DNA of 36,479 nucleotides from a virus (taxonomy: Duplodnaviria; Caudoviricetes), in the IMG/VR virus record IMGVR_UViG_3300002307_000126, positions 1 to 36,479 of that record. One strand, given 5' to 3'. Below are positions 18,313-28,753 of the stretch, piece after piece. A program made the position numbers and the translations under genes. The notes beneath the pieces are model-generated. The model was not told the DNA's origin and did no database searches. It saw nothing but the letters and a program-made list of their open reading frames with translations. Numbering within the stretch: the first letter of the stretch is position 1; each line of letters opens with the position of its first letter.

Positions 18313-18801
18313 ATGCCGAAGATAGGTGAGATCTTATTTGGCAAGCGCAGCAAGACTAAGAAGAAGCCGACAATTAATGCGAATCAAGATGAATTATTAC
18401 GGCTCATTACAGAGGGTCTATCTAAGGGTACAGGTCCTTTTGCTGACATCTTTGGTCCGTTTAATGAAGAATCTTTCAACAAAGGTGTCTATGAGCCTCA
18501 GTTGAAAAAGTTTAATGAAGAGACGCTGCCTATGTTACAAGAAAAGTTCATCGCAGGTAACCAAGCTTTAGGGTCAGGCATGCGTCGCGGTCAACTGAAG
18601 GCAGCAGGGGACTTCCAATCACGTATAGCTGAATTATTGTATCAAGCCCAGCAAGACCAGGCAAAGAACAAACTTGCAGGTGCCCAAACAGCTTTAGGTG
18701 TTAAGCCATTTGAAAACATTGTTAAAGGCGAAAGTAAAGGTTTGCTTCCGTCAGCGGCATCAGGTGCAGCAAACGCAGTAACATCAGCAATAGCGGGGTA
18801 A
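18313..18801 (+). CDS. DNA ejection/pilot protein (small)
   Basis: Gly/Ala/Gln-rich and helical; first of three size-graded genes. Confidence 0.6.
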   Translation: MPKIGEILFGKRSKTKKKPTINANQDELLRLITEGLSKGTGPFADIFGPFNEESFNKGVYEPQLKKFNEETLPMLQEKFIAGNQALGSGMRRGQLKAAGDFQSRIAELLYQAQQDQAKNKLAGAQTALGVKPFENIVKGESKGLLPSAASGAANAVTSAIAG

Positions 18802-18802
18802 T

Positions 18803-19993
18803 ATGGCAACATTTGTACCAGGCAGCACACAATGGGGCGATCTCGGGCAAAGTCTAGGCCAAGCGGCTGGGGCAGGATATATACATCATCACGATGAGTC
18901 TGCCCTGCGTAAATCTATTGAAGCCCTTGGCCCTAATCCATCGCCTCGTGATCTTTTAAACGCCATCACCAAAACAAAGACATATTCGAATAAGTCTAAG
19001 CAAGAGATGTTGAAAAATCATCTTGGTGTAGCAGAATTTGAAGAATTGCAACGTAAGGCTAAAGCAACTGAAGACCTTAACAAAGAATATGCTGACATTG
19101 AACGAAAGAAAATTGAAGCAAAGACGGCAGAACAACTCGCTAAGGCTCAAGAAAAGGAGAATGCCCTTAAAGCTAAGTTAAGTTCAGCAGATGAATTGAT
19201 AGAACTTTCATCATTATCTCGCGAAGAAAAAGACCGTCTAAAAGGTAAACTAACACCTGAGGATGCACGTGCTTTATTAGGTAAGAACACTGAAACCGGC
19301 GATTATGAGATAGCTAAGAATCAGGCTAAACGATATGAGAAACCTGTAGAAACATATCAATCGGCAGCTATAGAAGCACAGCAACTTTTGCCGATTACTG
19401 AGGCTTCCATCTTGAAAAATGAGGCATATACACTAAGCGAAAAGTTATGGGACACTACGCTTGATTCTATTAACAGTCCTATATTAAATCCTCTTAAATC
19501 AAAAACTGGTCAAGAGTTAGAAGCTTACACTCCTGTATCTATATCAAGCTTTGGACAAAAAATGAGCGGTGTCTTAACTAACCAGAAAATGAATGTTATA
19601 TCTAAAAAAGCTGTAGGTCTAGGAAAGGATAAAGACGCTAATAGGTTATTCTTACATTTAGATTTATATGACAGAGAATTAAGTATATTAAGAGCTAAGT
19701 TTACTAATGAAATTATCGCAGAAAATAAATATGGATTACCACCGAAAGACTTTGATGAACGTTTGAAAAAGAAAATGTTGCCCTATCAGAAAATGATTAA
19801 TAGCGATATTGACAAACTGTTAGCTGGTAAAAAACCAACATCGGAAATGTCTCAACTGGGAATAAAGAATGACTACAAAGCTCAGTTACAGCCGGGTGAA
19901 GTATTAGTTACAGATGAAAAAGGTGAAATAGGAGCAATTCCTGAAGAAGAATTAAATCTACCTGAAAATAAACACCTTAAAAGAGTAGAATAA
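18803..19993 (+). CDS. DNA ejection protein (medium)
   Basis: LGQSLGQAAG N-terminus, coiled coil. Confidence 0.6.
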   Translation: MATFVPGSTQWGDLGQSLGQAAGAGYIHHHDESALRKSIEALGPNPSPRDLLNAITKTKTYSNKSKQEMLKNHLGVAEFEELQRKAKATEDLNKEYADIERKKIEAKTAEQLAKAQEKENALKAKLSSADELIELSSLSREEKDRLKGKLTPEDARALLGKNTETGDYEIAKNQAKRYEKPVETYQSAAIEAQQLLPITEASILKNEAYTLSEKLWDTTLDSINSPILNPLKSKTGQELEAYTPVSISSFGQKMSGVLTNQKMNVISKKAVGLGKDKDANRLFLHLDLYDRELSILRAKFTNEIIAENKYGLPPKDFDERLKKKMLPYQKMINSDIDKLLAGKKPTSEMSQLGIKNDYKAQLQPGEVLVTDEKGEIGAIPEEELNLPENKHLKRVE

Positions 19994-22833
19994 TGCCATT
20001 TAGACCTATAAACACTCAAAAAGAAGAACCTATATCAGCGGAAACTCAACAGTCTATACCTGAACAAGTTGTCGATACCGCAGTTGAACAAGCTCAGCCT
20101 AAGAAGAGTGGATTTAGAGTTTTGAATCAACCTACGCCAGAAGAAACCAAAGTCCAACGAGATACAGATCTTTTAAACGCATTTGCTCAAGGTTTACACG
20201 AGTCAGCGCCGGGTGAATTAAACAAGGCTATATTCGGCTCAGTTTCATCAGGTCAACCGCAGGAATCAGGTTTTTGGGAAAGTGTATTTAGGCAAGGTGG
20301 TGAATTAACTGGCGATGCTGCATTAATGGGTATTGGTGCTTTAATTGGCGGTGGCATAGGCACATTAGGCGGGCCAGTAGGTGTAGCAGTCGGAGGAACA
20401 GCAGGCGCCTTTGCATTGCCGGCATTTTTAAAAGAAGCTAGCAGGCAATATCGTAAGTTTCAAGAAGGGGGAGGCAATCTTACTTTTGGCGAATTTATCA
20501 GTTCTGCCGATAAGGTAGCCAATAGAACCTTAAGTGAAGGTGCGTTTGGTGTTATATTAGGTGGTGTGAAAAAGAGTATAGGCTTACTCGAGAAGATACC
20601 TGCTGTAAAGCAAATGTTTGACACACGTTACGTAGGTAATTTATCACGAGGCGCCACAGAGATAGCAGCAGAAGTCGGCACAGCAACAGGTATACCCGCA
20701 GTAGCCGAAGGTCGTTTACCAGATAAAGAAGATGTCGCCAGAGCAGCAGTATTATTCACAGGTGGAAGAGCTGCACATTTGCCTGGTCAATTGTCCGATC
20801 TGATAAAAACAGGCAAACCAGGTAAGTTTAATTATGCACTAGCTGACAGAGTTCAAGAACTAGATTTAGCCTATCCGCCATTGCAAGAATTCAAAAAAGG
20901 CGAAAATCCATCATATAAGAATAGTGTTGAGTTAGACAGAAACCTTACAGCCTTTGACGCTTCGTATATAAATAACATTGTATCTAAAATTAATTCTCTT
21001 TCTCCATTAGAGTTTATGTCAGCGGATGAGGCGGGTCGTAAGATGAGAGAGTCCTTAAAACCGCCAGAATTGCCACAGGAGGAAGCAAGACCTAAAAGAG
21101 AGCCCAGTACACCAGAAGAAAAGCCAGTTAAACCAATTAAACGTGAAGTGCCTCTATCGCAAAATCCTTTACTCCAGGCAATTGAAGTTATTTCACCTCA
21201 TCAAGTACAAAGCAAAGCTGAATTAGGCAGACGAATCTCAAAGCAATATAGAGAAGGTCGCGAAAGAGAATATGCGCCATTAAAAGAAAGATACACTAAT
21301 CAAACTGAAATGATCAAAGGTTACACTGTTGTTGATGAGAGTATTCCTGATGAAATACAAGGCTTTATTGATAAGTTTGAACCATTAGCTATACCAGGAT
21401 CAGAAGCTCAATTAATAGTATCTAATGCTAAAAGGATGAGGGATTTATTCTTACAGCATGACAAAGATGGTGAAGTTGCGGGTTTTAAAGAAGCTTCACT
21501 GGATAAAGTTGTTGGTAATAATCGTTCAATTAAGCAAATACCTAACTGGGACGTACCACCTGAGATGAAAGATAATTTAGCTACATTAACTCAGATGGTA
21601 GATGGACATATTGAAGGTCATCTAAGAAACATTTTACCTGAATTAGCCGATGAGTACGTGAATCTTAACCGTGACTATGCCGAGTTCAAGAATCGTTGGG
21701 ACAATGCCGACATGAAAATATTCTATGATAGGACTGTCAATAACGAAAAGGTAGCTAATCAGTTCTTGAAATTAGATGAATTCACTCAATTATCACAAGC
21801 ATTTTCTGGCAATCCGGAGGGCGATGCTACATTAAATCTAATACGAAGAGAAGCCTGGCGAGATAAACTTGGTCGCGACGCTTTAAACGCTAAAACTCAA
21901 GAGCAATATTTCGATGCCACTTCACGATTTGAGGAAAGAGATTTTGCTGATCTTATGGAATATTTATCCCCAGATCAAAGGCAGGATGTTCAAAACGCTA
22001 TAAATCATTCAGATCAAATTCGTCGAGCAGAGCAATTAGCATCACAGCAATATAGTCAAGATGCGGCAACATATCAAAATCAGATGCAACAATGGAAACA
22101 GCGTGAAGGCCTAAGAAGAAAACAAGAGTCTGAGGAAAATAAGAAAGAAGCTCAAGAAATCCAGAATAGAAAAAAGACCATTCAGACTAAGCAGGATCTT
22201 TTAGTCTCATTGCTCAGAGAAAACCCTGCGGAAATTGTCGGTAACATGAAAACAATTGAGGGTATTAGAAGAATCAAAGAAGCAACAAAGTCTGTACAAA
22301 ATGGTAAAGAGCTGTATGACTCACTTGCGAGATATGAGACAGAGAACATGTTTGACTTTATGAAAGAAGGTTACATTCGTTCTGGTCGTGTTCCTTATGA
22401 TGAGCTAAAAATTCAAATGCGAAACAAAGAGTTTAGAGCAAAGTTGAAAGAACTGAATGGTGATAAATTTGTAAAAGATATAGACGAGCTCGTAGATTTG
22501 TCAGATCAATTGTCTAAAGATTACAAGAAGAAGACAGTGCAATTCAGAGATGATCCGACAACATTAAGCACTGTGCTTCAGATATATTCTTTGTTAGGTC
22601 TTGCGCAAGGTAACTTAATCACACCTTTATTAGCCTATACCGCCAAGAAGAATATACTTAAAATAGGCATGAAAGCTCAGAATATGTGGACTAACAAGAG
22701 ATATTACGATCCTGAATACATACATAAAACTATAAATATGGCTAGAGCTGCCGAAAAGGGTAACAAAGCTGAAATTAGACGACAAGCAGCGTTACTTGAA
22801 GCGCCATACTTAATCCCCGTAAATAAGGAATAA
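19993..22833 (+). CDS. Large DNA ejection/internal virion protein
   Basis: 946 aa, Gly-zipper hydrophobic segment GALIGGGIGTLGGPVG, helical. Confidence 0.65.
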   Translation: MPFRPINTQKEEPISAETQQSIPEQVVDTAVEQAQPKKSGFRVLNQPTPEETKVQRDTDLLNAFAQGLHESAPGELNKAIFGSVSSGQPQESGFWESVFRQGGELTGDAALMGIGALIGGGIGTLGGPVGVAVGGTAGAFALPAFLKEASRQYRKFQEGGGNLTFGEFISSADKVANRTLSEGAFGVILGGVKKSIGLLEKIPAVKQMFDTRYVGNLSRGATEIAAEVGTATGIPAVAEGRLPDKEDVARAAVLFTGGRAAHLPGQLSDLIKTGKPGKFNYALADRVQELDLAYPPLQEFKKGENPSYKNSVELDRNLTAFDASYINNIVSKINSLSPLEFMSADEAGRKMRESLKPPELPQEEARPKREPSTPEEKPVKPIKREVPLSQNPLLQAIEVISPHQVQSKAELGRRISKQYREGREREYAPLKERYTNQTEMIKGYTVVDESIPDEIQGFIDKFEPLAIPGSEAQLIVSNAKRMRDLFLQHDKDGEVAGFKEASLDKVVGNNRSIKQIPNWDVPPEMKDNLATLTQMVDGHIEGHLRNILPELADEYVNLNRDYAEFKNRWDNADMKIFYDRTVNNEKVANQFLKLDEFTQLSQAFSGNPEGDATLNLIRREAWRDKLGRDALNAKTQEQYFDATSRFEERDFADLMEYLSPDQRQDVQNAINHSDQIRRAEQLASQQYSQDAATYQNQMQQWKQREGLRRKQESEENKKEAQEIQNRKKTIQTKQDLLVSLLRENPAEIVGNMKTIEGIRRIKEATKSVQNGKELYDSLARYETENMFDFMKEGYIRSGRVPYDELKIQMRNKEFRAKLKELNGDKFVKDIDELVDLSDQLSKDYKKKTVQFRDDPTTLSTVLQIYSLLGLAQGNLITPLLAYTAKKNILKIGMKAQNMWTNKRYYDPEYIHKTINMARAAEKGNKAEIRRQAALLEAPYLIPVNKE

Positions 22834-22869
22834 GATAAAGCCAACAAAAAATTCTTTAATGAAATTCAT
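22810..22869 (-). CDS. 19-aa hydrophobic peptide MNFIKEFFVGFILFLIYGD
   Basis: GGAGG RBS and an upstream TTTACT-17-TATAAT promoter. Confidence 0.4.
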   Translation of the reverse strand: MNFIKEFFVGFILFLIYGD

Positions 22870-22892
22870 ACTAACCTCCGATTAATTAAGAT

Positions 22893-22921
22893 ATTATATC
22901 AGGTTAGGCTGAATAAGTAAA
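22893..22921 (-). promoter_or_regulatory. Sigma70-type promoter, antisense to the late operon
   Basis: TTTACT-17 nt-TATAAT. Confidence 0.55.
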
Positions 22922-22956
22922 CATGTAAATCAATTAAGAAAACAAGGAGGTTTTCT

Positions 22957-23667
22957 ATGGGTCTATTTAGCAATCCATTAAGCTATGCAGGTTATCCCCC
23001 AGGAGTAACAGGGACACCTACAACACAGAATTCAACAGTCAGAGCTGCTACAACAGCCGAGGTTCAGGCAGGCAGTATTAATAACGCTTATGTCTCGCCT
23101 GCTACAGTATCAGCTTTAGACGCAGGTATCTTTGCATCACCGCCTGGCTTGGGCACTACAGCGCCTAATTCCGTGGCTTCTACGACCTTAACATCATCAG
23201 GGAATACCACCCTAGCGACAGCGGTATCTGCTACGTCTGTAACCCTTGCAAATGCTGCCAATTCAGGCGCATTAGTAGTACAGGTAGCTAACGGTGCTAA
23301 TGCTGCCAATGCGACAGTGAATATTCTTTCTGGTAACGCAACTGCCGGAACGCAAACATTAAACGTATTGGGAGGAACCCGTGCTGGTGTGGCAAACATC
23401 GGAACTGGCGCTGCCGCTCATACGGTTAACATGCTGGGTTCTACAGGCTTACTTGGATTCTTTGGCGCCACTGCGGTGACTAAGAGAACTCAAGGCGCTA
23501 TAACCAATAACGTAACTGCAGGTGGATCAACAGGCACAATAGCAAATTACACTGATTTAACTGTGTATGCTAACGATTCTGCTGCAATACGTAACGACAT
23601 TTACCAATTAGCTTTAGGTCTTCAAGGCTGCATCGCTGCTTTGAGAAGTTATGGCTTATTAAACTAA
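22957..23667 (+). CDS. Ala/Thr-rich virion fibre protein
   Basis: RAATTAEVQAG...VSPAT fibre motif, LGFFGAT...LRSYGLL trimerisation-like end, AGGAGG RBS. Confidence 0.65.
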   Translation: MGLFSNPLSYAGYPPGVTGTPTTQNSTVRAATTAEVQAGSINNAYVSPATVSALDAGIFASPPGLGTTAPNSVASTTLTSSGNTTLATAVSATSVTLANAANSGALVVQVANGANAANATVNILSGNATAGTQTLNVLGGTRAGVANIGTGAAAHTVNMLGSTGLLGFFGATAVTKRTQGAITNNVTAGGSTGTIANYTDLTVYANDSAAIRNDIYQLALGLQGCIAALRSYGLLN

Positions 23668-23676
23668 GAGGTAATT

Positions 23677-24015
23677 ATGTCTATTGTAAGATTTGATGCC
23701 ATAATTTCTGTATCTTATAGCTCAATTACAAACAGTTACGCAGCATTGGGTTCTGCGACTCAGCATCCTTGGCGCATTATTCGTATCATAAACACGACTG
23801 ATGCGTCTATGTTACTAAGCTTCAATGGATCTACGGACAACGTTATTGTGCCGTCCAACAGCTTTGTTCTGTACGACTTTGCCACTAACGCAGCTCCGGT
23901 CAACGATCTTGATAGCTTCGTCTTAGGTATAAACACACAGATCTACATTAAATACGTCTCTGCTCCTACGGGTGGTGCTGTGTATGTAGAAGGACTATAC
24001 GCAAAAGGTGAATAA
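23677..24015 (+). CDS. Small beta-sandwich virion protein
   Basis: INTTDA.MLLSFNG...APTGGAVYV. Confidence 0.6.
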   Translation: MSIVRFDAIISVSYSSITNSYAALGSATQHPWRIIRIINTTDASMLLSFNGSTDNVIVPSNSFVLYDFATNAAPVNDLDSFVLGINTQIYIKYVSAPTGGAVYVEGLYAKGE

Positions 24016-25346
24016 TGAGCCAGATGGGTGCAATCAAGTTTATAGGTGGCGGAGGTGGTGGCGCTGTTAACCAGGTGACTGGATCTAACGGTGTCACAGC
24101 TTCTCCCACCACCGGAAATGTCGTTGTATCAGGAATAGACGCCACAACCTCTACATTAGGTGTGGCTTCTTTCGACCCGACATTTTTCACAGTGACTAGC
24201 GGTAACGTATCTTTCTCCGGTACGACAATTGCCACTACGATCACAGGAAACAGCGGTGGACCAATATCGCCTAGCTCGAATAACTGGAATATTAAAACTA
24301 ACAATTCTACAGCTGCATTTGTCGGGTCAGGGTCTACGCTAACATTAGACTTTGGCTTATCGAACTTGTGTCTAGGCTCTTCTTTGCCTTCTTTGACGAG
24401 CGGTACACAAAACGTGTCTGTTGGTGATATAGATTTTTTAGCGTTAACATCAGGCTCAGATAACGTTGCTGTAGGGTATGCCTGTCTTGATTCTTTGACT
24501 ACAGGTTCATCTAATTCGTCTGTGGGGTTCAATAGTCTAGCATTAATCACGACAGGGTCTAACAACTCTGCTTTGGGGTCAGGTGCTCTTCCAGGTGGCA
24601 ACGGCTCTTATAACATCGCTGTAGGTGCTAACGCAGGTACAAACTATGCTAGCACAGAATCAAGCAATATAGTTATAGGCAATCCTGGCACCGCAGCTGA
24701 TTCAAATGTCATACGTATCGGCGACTCTAACAATGCGCATTCGTCATATCAAACAAAGTGTTACATAGCCGGTATAGACGGAGTAAACGTAGGTAGTGTA
24801 GCCAAGGTTGTAACGGAAGCATCAGATCAGCTGGGCACTGCAACAATCACTGGCAGCTCAACCGTTACAGTGACACCTACGGCCAATACAATAACCTTGG
24901 CAGCAGGAACATCTGTCGCAACTACATTTAATGCTGATTCAGGCTCTGCAACACCTAGCTCTAACGCGATAACCTTTGCCGGCGGTCCTGGTATAACAAC
25001 AAGCGCCACAGGTAGTACTGTTACAATAAATTCAGTGGTCTTCTCAGATCCTAACACTAACGTAACACTGGCAGCTAACACGGGTGTTTTTGCCAAAGCT
25101 GCAATTACCTTAACACTACCTGGAAGCGTGGCACAAGGAACTGTAGTAGAAGTGGTTAACGCTTTGGCTAACACTATCGTGATTCAAGCGGCTAGCAGTC
25201 AGTTGATTCGCGTAGGTTCAGCCGTGTCTAGCGCTACAGGAACTGCCACAAGCGTTACACAGGGCGATACATTAATATTAAGATACAGAACAGCCAATAC
25301 CACATGGTACGCTACGTCTGTCATAGGAACATGGTCATTAGCATAG
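24015..25346 (+). CDS. Tail fibre/adhesin with YadA-head-like repeats
   Basis: LTSGxxNxAVG repeats and ESSNIVIG...IRIG. Confidence 0.7.
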   Translation: MSQMGAIKFIGGGGGGAVNQVTGSNGVTASPTTGNVVVSGIDATTSTLGVASFDPTFFTVTSGNVSFSGTTIATTITGNSGGPISPSSNNWNIKTNNSTAAFVGSGSTLTLDFGLSNLCLGSSLPSLTSGTQNVSVGDIDFLALTSGSDNVAVGYACLDSLTTGSSNSSVGFNSLALITTGSNNSALGSGALPGGNGSYNIAVGANAGTNYASTESSNIVIGNPGTAADSNVIRIGDSNNAHSSYQTKCYIAGIDGVNVGSVAKVVTEASDQLGTATITGSSTVTVTPTANTITLAAGTSVATTFNADSGSATPSSNAITFAGGPGITTSATGSTVTINSVVFSDPNTNVTLAANTGVFAKAAITLTLPGSVAQGTVVEVVNALANTIVIQAASSQLIRVGSAVSSATGTATSVTQGDTLILRYRTANTTWYATSVIGTWSLA

Positions 25347-25353
25347 AGGTTTT

Positions 25354-26271
25354 ATGGTAACAAAGTCTAACGCGATTAACGTATCTCAAACAGGCGTCGT
25401 ATACTTTAACGGCACTGCATCATTCACTGGATCTGGCAACGGCTCTAGTGGGCAGGTGTTACAATCTCAAGGTGCTTCAACACCTGCTTATTCATCGGCT
25501 ACATATCCTTCTAGCTGCGCAACCGGTGACTTAATCTACGGCTCTGGAACTAATGTATTGTCTACTCTTTCAGCCCCAACAACTTCAGGGGAATTTTTCT
25601 GTTATAACACATCGCCTTATTGGGCTAATTATTACAATACAATAACTTATTACGAAGATTTTTTAGAGAACAATTTAAGTTTCTCTGCTGGTGGAGGTGG
25701 ATCTGGCGGAACGAATTATCCTAGTACCTATCAAACATATCAACACCCAGGAGTCCTTGATATATATACTAGTGGGGGTTATGCTAATTATTCAGTTCAC
25801 TCTAAAGCTAGTTATATGATAGGTGGTGGGCAAATCTGGATTGATGTTGTAGCTAAATTATCCAGCCTAGCAAGTAGCAGTGATAATTTTGCAATGTTTT
25901 TAGGTTTGTCAGATACTCAAGATACAACTTCATCAAACAATAACATAATTTTTTCTTACAAATACAATCAAAATAGTGGTAAATGGCAAGTGATATGTCA
26001 AAACGCTGGCACAACCACAACAACCAATACATCCACTACCGCCGACACTAACTGGCATAGGTATTCTATTTCAATAAACGCAGCGGCTACCAGTGTTACG
26101 TTTTATATAGATGGAGCTTCTGTGGGTACTATAACAACAAATATTCCAGCAAATACTACATCTTTAAACTTTTTTGTTGCAAATGTAAACCAAGGAAACA
26201 GTTCAGGAGCTTCAGAATTTGTAGCTGTAGATTTAATGTATTACTACCAAAGTTTAACAACACCAAGATAA
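25354..26271 (+). CDS. Fibre protein with a C-terminal LamG/ConA-like domain
   Basis: GQVLQSQGA repeat and DTNWHRYSI...FYIDG. Confidence 0.65.
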   Translation: MVTKSNAINVSQTGVVYFNGTASFTGSGNGSSGQVLQSQGASTPAYSSATYPSSCATGDLIYGSGTNVLSTLSAPTTSGEFFCYNTSPYWANYYNTITYYEDFLENNLSFSAGGGGSGGTNYPSTYQTYQHPGVLDIYTSGGYANYSVHSKASYMIGGGQIWIDVVAKLSSLASSSDNFAMFLGLSDTQDTTSSNNNIIFSYKYNQNSGKWQVICQNAGTTTTTNTSTTADTNWHRYSISINAAATSVTFYIDGASVGTITTNIPANTTSLNFFVANVNQGNSSGASEFVAVDLMYYYQSLTTPR

Positions 26272-26280
26272 GGATAAATT

Positions 26281-27999
26281 ATGAGTCAAGGAGGAATAAT
26301 TCATGCATCAAGCGGTACCACATCAGTTAATCAGGTTGTAGGTTCGAATGGCGTAACAGCGTCACCGACAACAGGTAACGTAGTGGTTTCTGGCGTAAAT
26401 GCAACAACTAGCAGCGTCGGTGTGGCTTCTTTCGACTCAACATATTTTTCAGTCAGCGGAGCAGGCAAGGTCACATTTAACGGCAGTACATTTGGCACAA
26501 CAATCACTGGTAATGACAGTGTGGCGTTAAGTCCTTCAGCCGGTAATTGGAACATTGTTGGAGGAAGCACGTCTGCCGGCAGCACACCAATCGTCACGTC
26601 AGGATCTGGCAGCACACTAACTGTCAAAGTACAAGCTGCACAGGCTCTTGCTTCGACTGATGTGACAAAGATCGGAGCTGCACTGTTTAATTCGGCACAG
26701 TTTACGGTCGATTCAAACGGTTTTGTCTCGGCAAAGAGTACAGCAATTCCTCAGACTTTGACGGGAAACTCTGGCGGAGCGGTTAGTCCTACGGCTTCAA
26801 ATATTAACATAGTCGGTACAGGAAGCCTAACTGTTGTCGGGAACCCAGGTACCAGTACACTGACTGCTCAGCTCACAGGTCTGACAAATCACGCTGTCTT
26901 AGTCGGCGCCGGCACAGCTACTATAACATCTGTCGGGCCTAGCTCTACGTCAGGTCAAATCCTTCAGTCTCAGGGTGCTTCGTCTGACCCTGCCTTTTCT
27001 ACTGCTACCTATCCGTCTACAACATCTATTAATCAAATACTCTATTCCTCAGCAAACAATGTTGTATCTGGCTTAGCCACTGCAAATAATGGTGTTCTGA
27101 CAACCGGCACATCTGGAACACCCGTAATTACTGCGTTAAACTCAAATGGCGGGCTTATCATAGGTTCAGCGTCCGGAGCCCCAGCAGCAGCTATGCTAAC
27201 CGCAGGAACAGGCGTTACAATCACAAATGAAGCCAATTCAATAACTATATCATCTAATGGCTCCGTAATACCGCAGACCTTAACTGGTAATTCAGGCGGA
27301 GCAGTCGGGCCAAGCGCAGGCAATATAAACACTGTCGGCGCTGGCAGTATCACAGTAGTAGGCTCGCCAGGTACAAACACTACGACCACACAATTGACTG
27401 GCCTTACTCAGTACAATGTGCTCACAGGCCAAGGCACATCTACTATAGGTCTGATTGCCCCTAGTGCTACATCTGGTGTTCCGCTAGTTTCACAGGGTTC
27501 ATCTGCCTATCCCGCCTTTGGTACAGCGGTTGTTGCAGGAGGCGGAACTGGCAATACATCATTTAGCGCCTATCAGTTAATCGCAGGTGGAACAACATCA
27601 ACTGGGGCTCTGCAACAAGTTTCTGGCACGGGCACTTCAGGTCAGATATTAGTGTCCCAGGGAGCGGGCGCTTTACCTCAATGGCAGAACTTAAGCGCAA
27701 CATCTTTGACTATCACGAGTGTTAATCATGCGGCTTCGCCTTATACTGTTTTGTCTACTGATCAGTATTTGGCAGTTGATACTTCGGGCGGTGTGGTTAC
27801 TATCAACATGCCAAACACGATGACTACAGGACGGGTTGTATACATAAAAGATTCAAAAGGCACATCAAGCACAAGTGCCATTACTGTAACAACGCCAGGT
27901 GGTACTGTCACTTTTGACGGGTCGACATCTTACACTATCGCAGCTAATTACACATCGAATAGCTTAGTGTTTGACGGAACAAATTATCAAATATTCTAG
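26281..27999 (+). CDS. Tail fibre protein with internal repeats
   Basis: Two IPQTLTGNSGGAV.P...QLTGLT units, GQIL.SQGA repeats, C-terminal GRVVYIKD...FDGTNY domain. Confidence 0.7.
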   Translation: MSQGGIIHASSGTTSVNQVVGSNGVTASPTTGNVVVSGVNATTSSVGVASFDSTYFSVSGAGKVTFNGSTFGTTITGNDSVALSPSAGNWNIVGGSTSAGSTPIVTSGSGSTLTVKVQAAQALASTDVTKIGAALFNSAQFTVDSNGFVSAKSTAIPQTLTGNSGGAVSPTASNINIVGTGSLTVVGNPGTSTLTAQLTGLTNHAVLVGAGTATITSVGPSSTSGQILQSQGASSDPAFSTATYPSTTSINQILYSSANNVVSGLATANNGVLTTGTSGTPVITALNSNGGLIIGSASGAPAAAMLTAGTGVTITNEANSITISSNGSVIPQTLTGNSGGAVGPSAGNINTVGAGSITVVGSPGTNTTTTQLTGLTQYNVLTGQGTSTIGLIAPSATSGVPLVSQGSSAYPAFGTAVVAGGGTGNTSFSAYQLIAGGTTSTGALQQVSGTGTSGQILVSQGAGALPQWQNLSATSLTITSVNHAASPYTVLSTDQYLAVDTSGGVVTINMPNTMTTGRVVYIKDSKGTSSTSAITVTTPGGTVTFDGSTSYTIAANYTSNSLVFDGTNYQIF

Positions 28000-28006
28000 G
28001 GGGAAT

Positions 28007-28753
28007 ATGTCATATAAAAAAAACATAGTTGCATCAGGAGAGACTGGCCAGACGACATTAGCTGCGCACAGTCTTTTATGTGGTGCGGGTGCGTCAGCAG
28101 TATCTTTGATACCTACTGGATCGTCTGGGCAGTTGTTGCAGTCTGCGGGCAGTTCATCTGATCCTGGCTGGACAACTCCAACTTATCCAAGCGTAGGCGG
28201 AACGAATAGACAATTATTAATGAGCAATGGCACTAACAACGTATATACGACTGAAACTTGGGCAACTCCCGGTACAAGCGGTAATGTCTTGACTAGCGAT
28301 GGAACTAATTGGACAAGTGCGGCAGCGCCTGGTGGTGGTTTGTTAATGGCAAGTGGCACTTTAACTAGCTCTCAGATTAAAAATTTACATGGTACACCAA
28401 TACAAGCTATAGCTGCACCAGGATCAGGAAAAACAATTGTTATAGTAAATTCTAGTTCGAAATTAAATTATGGTGGTACAAATGCTTTTGTGGCTGGAGC
28501 TTCACAAACTATAAGAGCATATTACAATTCAACAACATCAGCATTACTACAAATTGCAACAAATACACAGATAACATCAACACAAAACTACAGTAATATC
28601 GGATCAACTCCTGGTAATATTAGCGGAGCATCAACAAATTATTCCAATCAACCCATAACTTTATACAACGATGTAGCAACAGAAATATCAGGAAATGCTG
28701 CTAATAACAACACTCTTGATTGGTATATTCAATATTACATTGTTAACTACTAA
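28007..28753 (+). CDS. Fibre/receptor-binding protein
   Basis: GTSGNVLTSDGTNW and LTSSQIKNLHGTP..IAAPGSG. GGGGA RBS favours the ATG at 28007. Confidence 0.65.
   Translation: MSYKKNIVASGETGQTTLAAHSLLCGAGASAVSLIPTGSSGQLLQSAGSSSDPGWTTPTYPSVGGTNRQLLMSNGTNNVYTTETWATPGTSGNVLTSDGTNWTSAAAPGGGLLMASGTLTSSQIKNLHGTPIQAIAAPGSGKTIVIVNSSSKLNYGGTNAFVAGASQTIRAYYNSTTSALLQIATNTQITSTQNYSNIGSTPGNISGASTNYSNQPITLYNDVATEISGNAANNNTLDWYIQYYIVNY

Noticed and set aside
23088-27389. Several Val/Pro-rich minus-strand ORFs
   Set aside because: Antisense artefacts of Thr/Gly/Ser-rich fibre codons.
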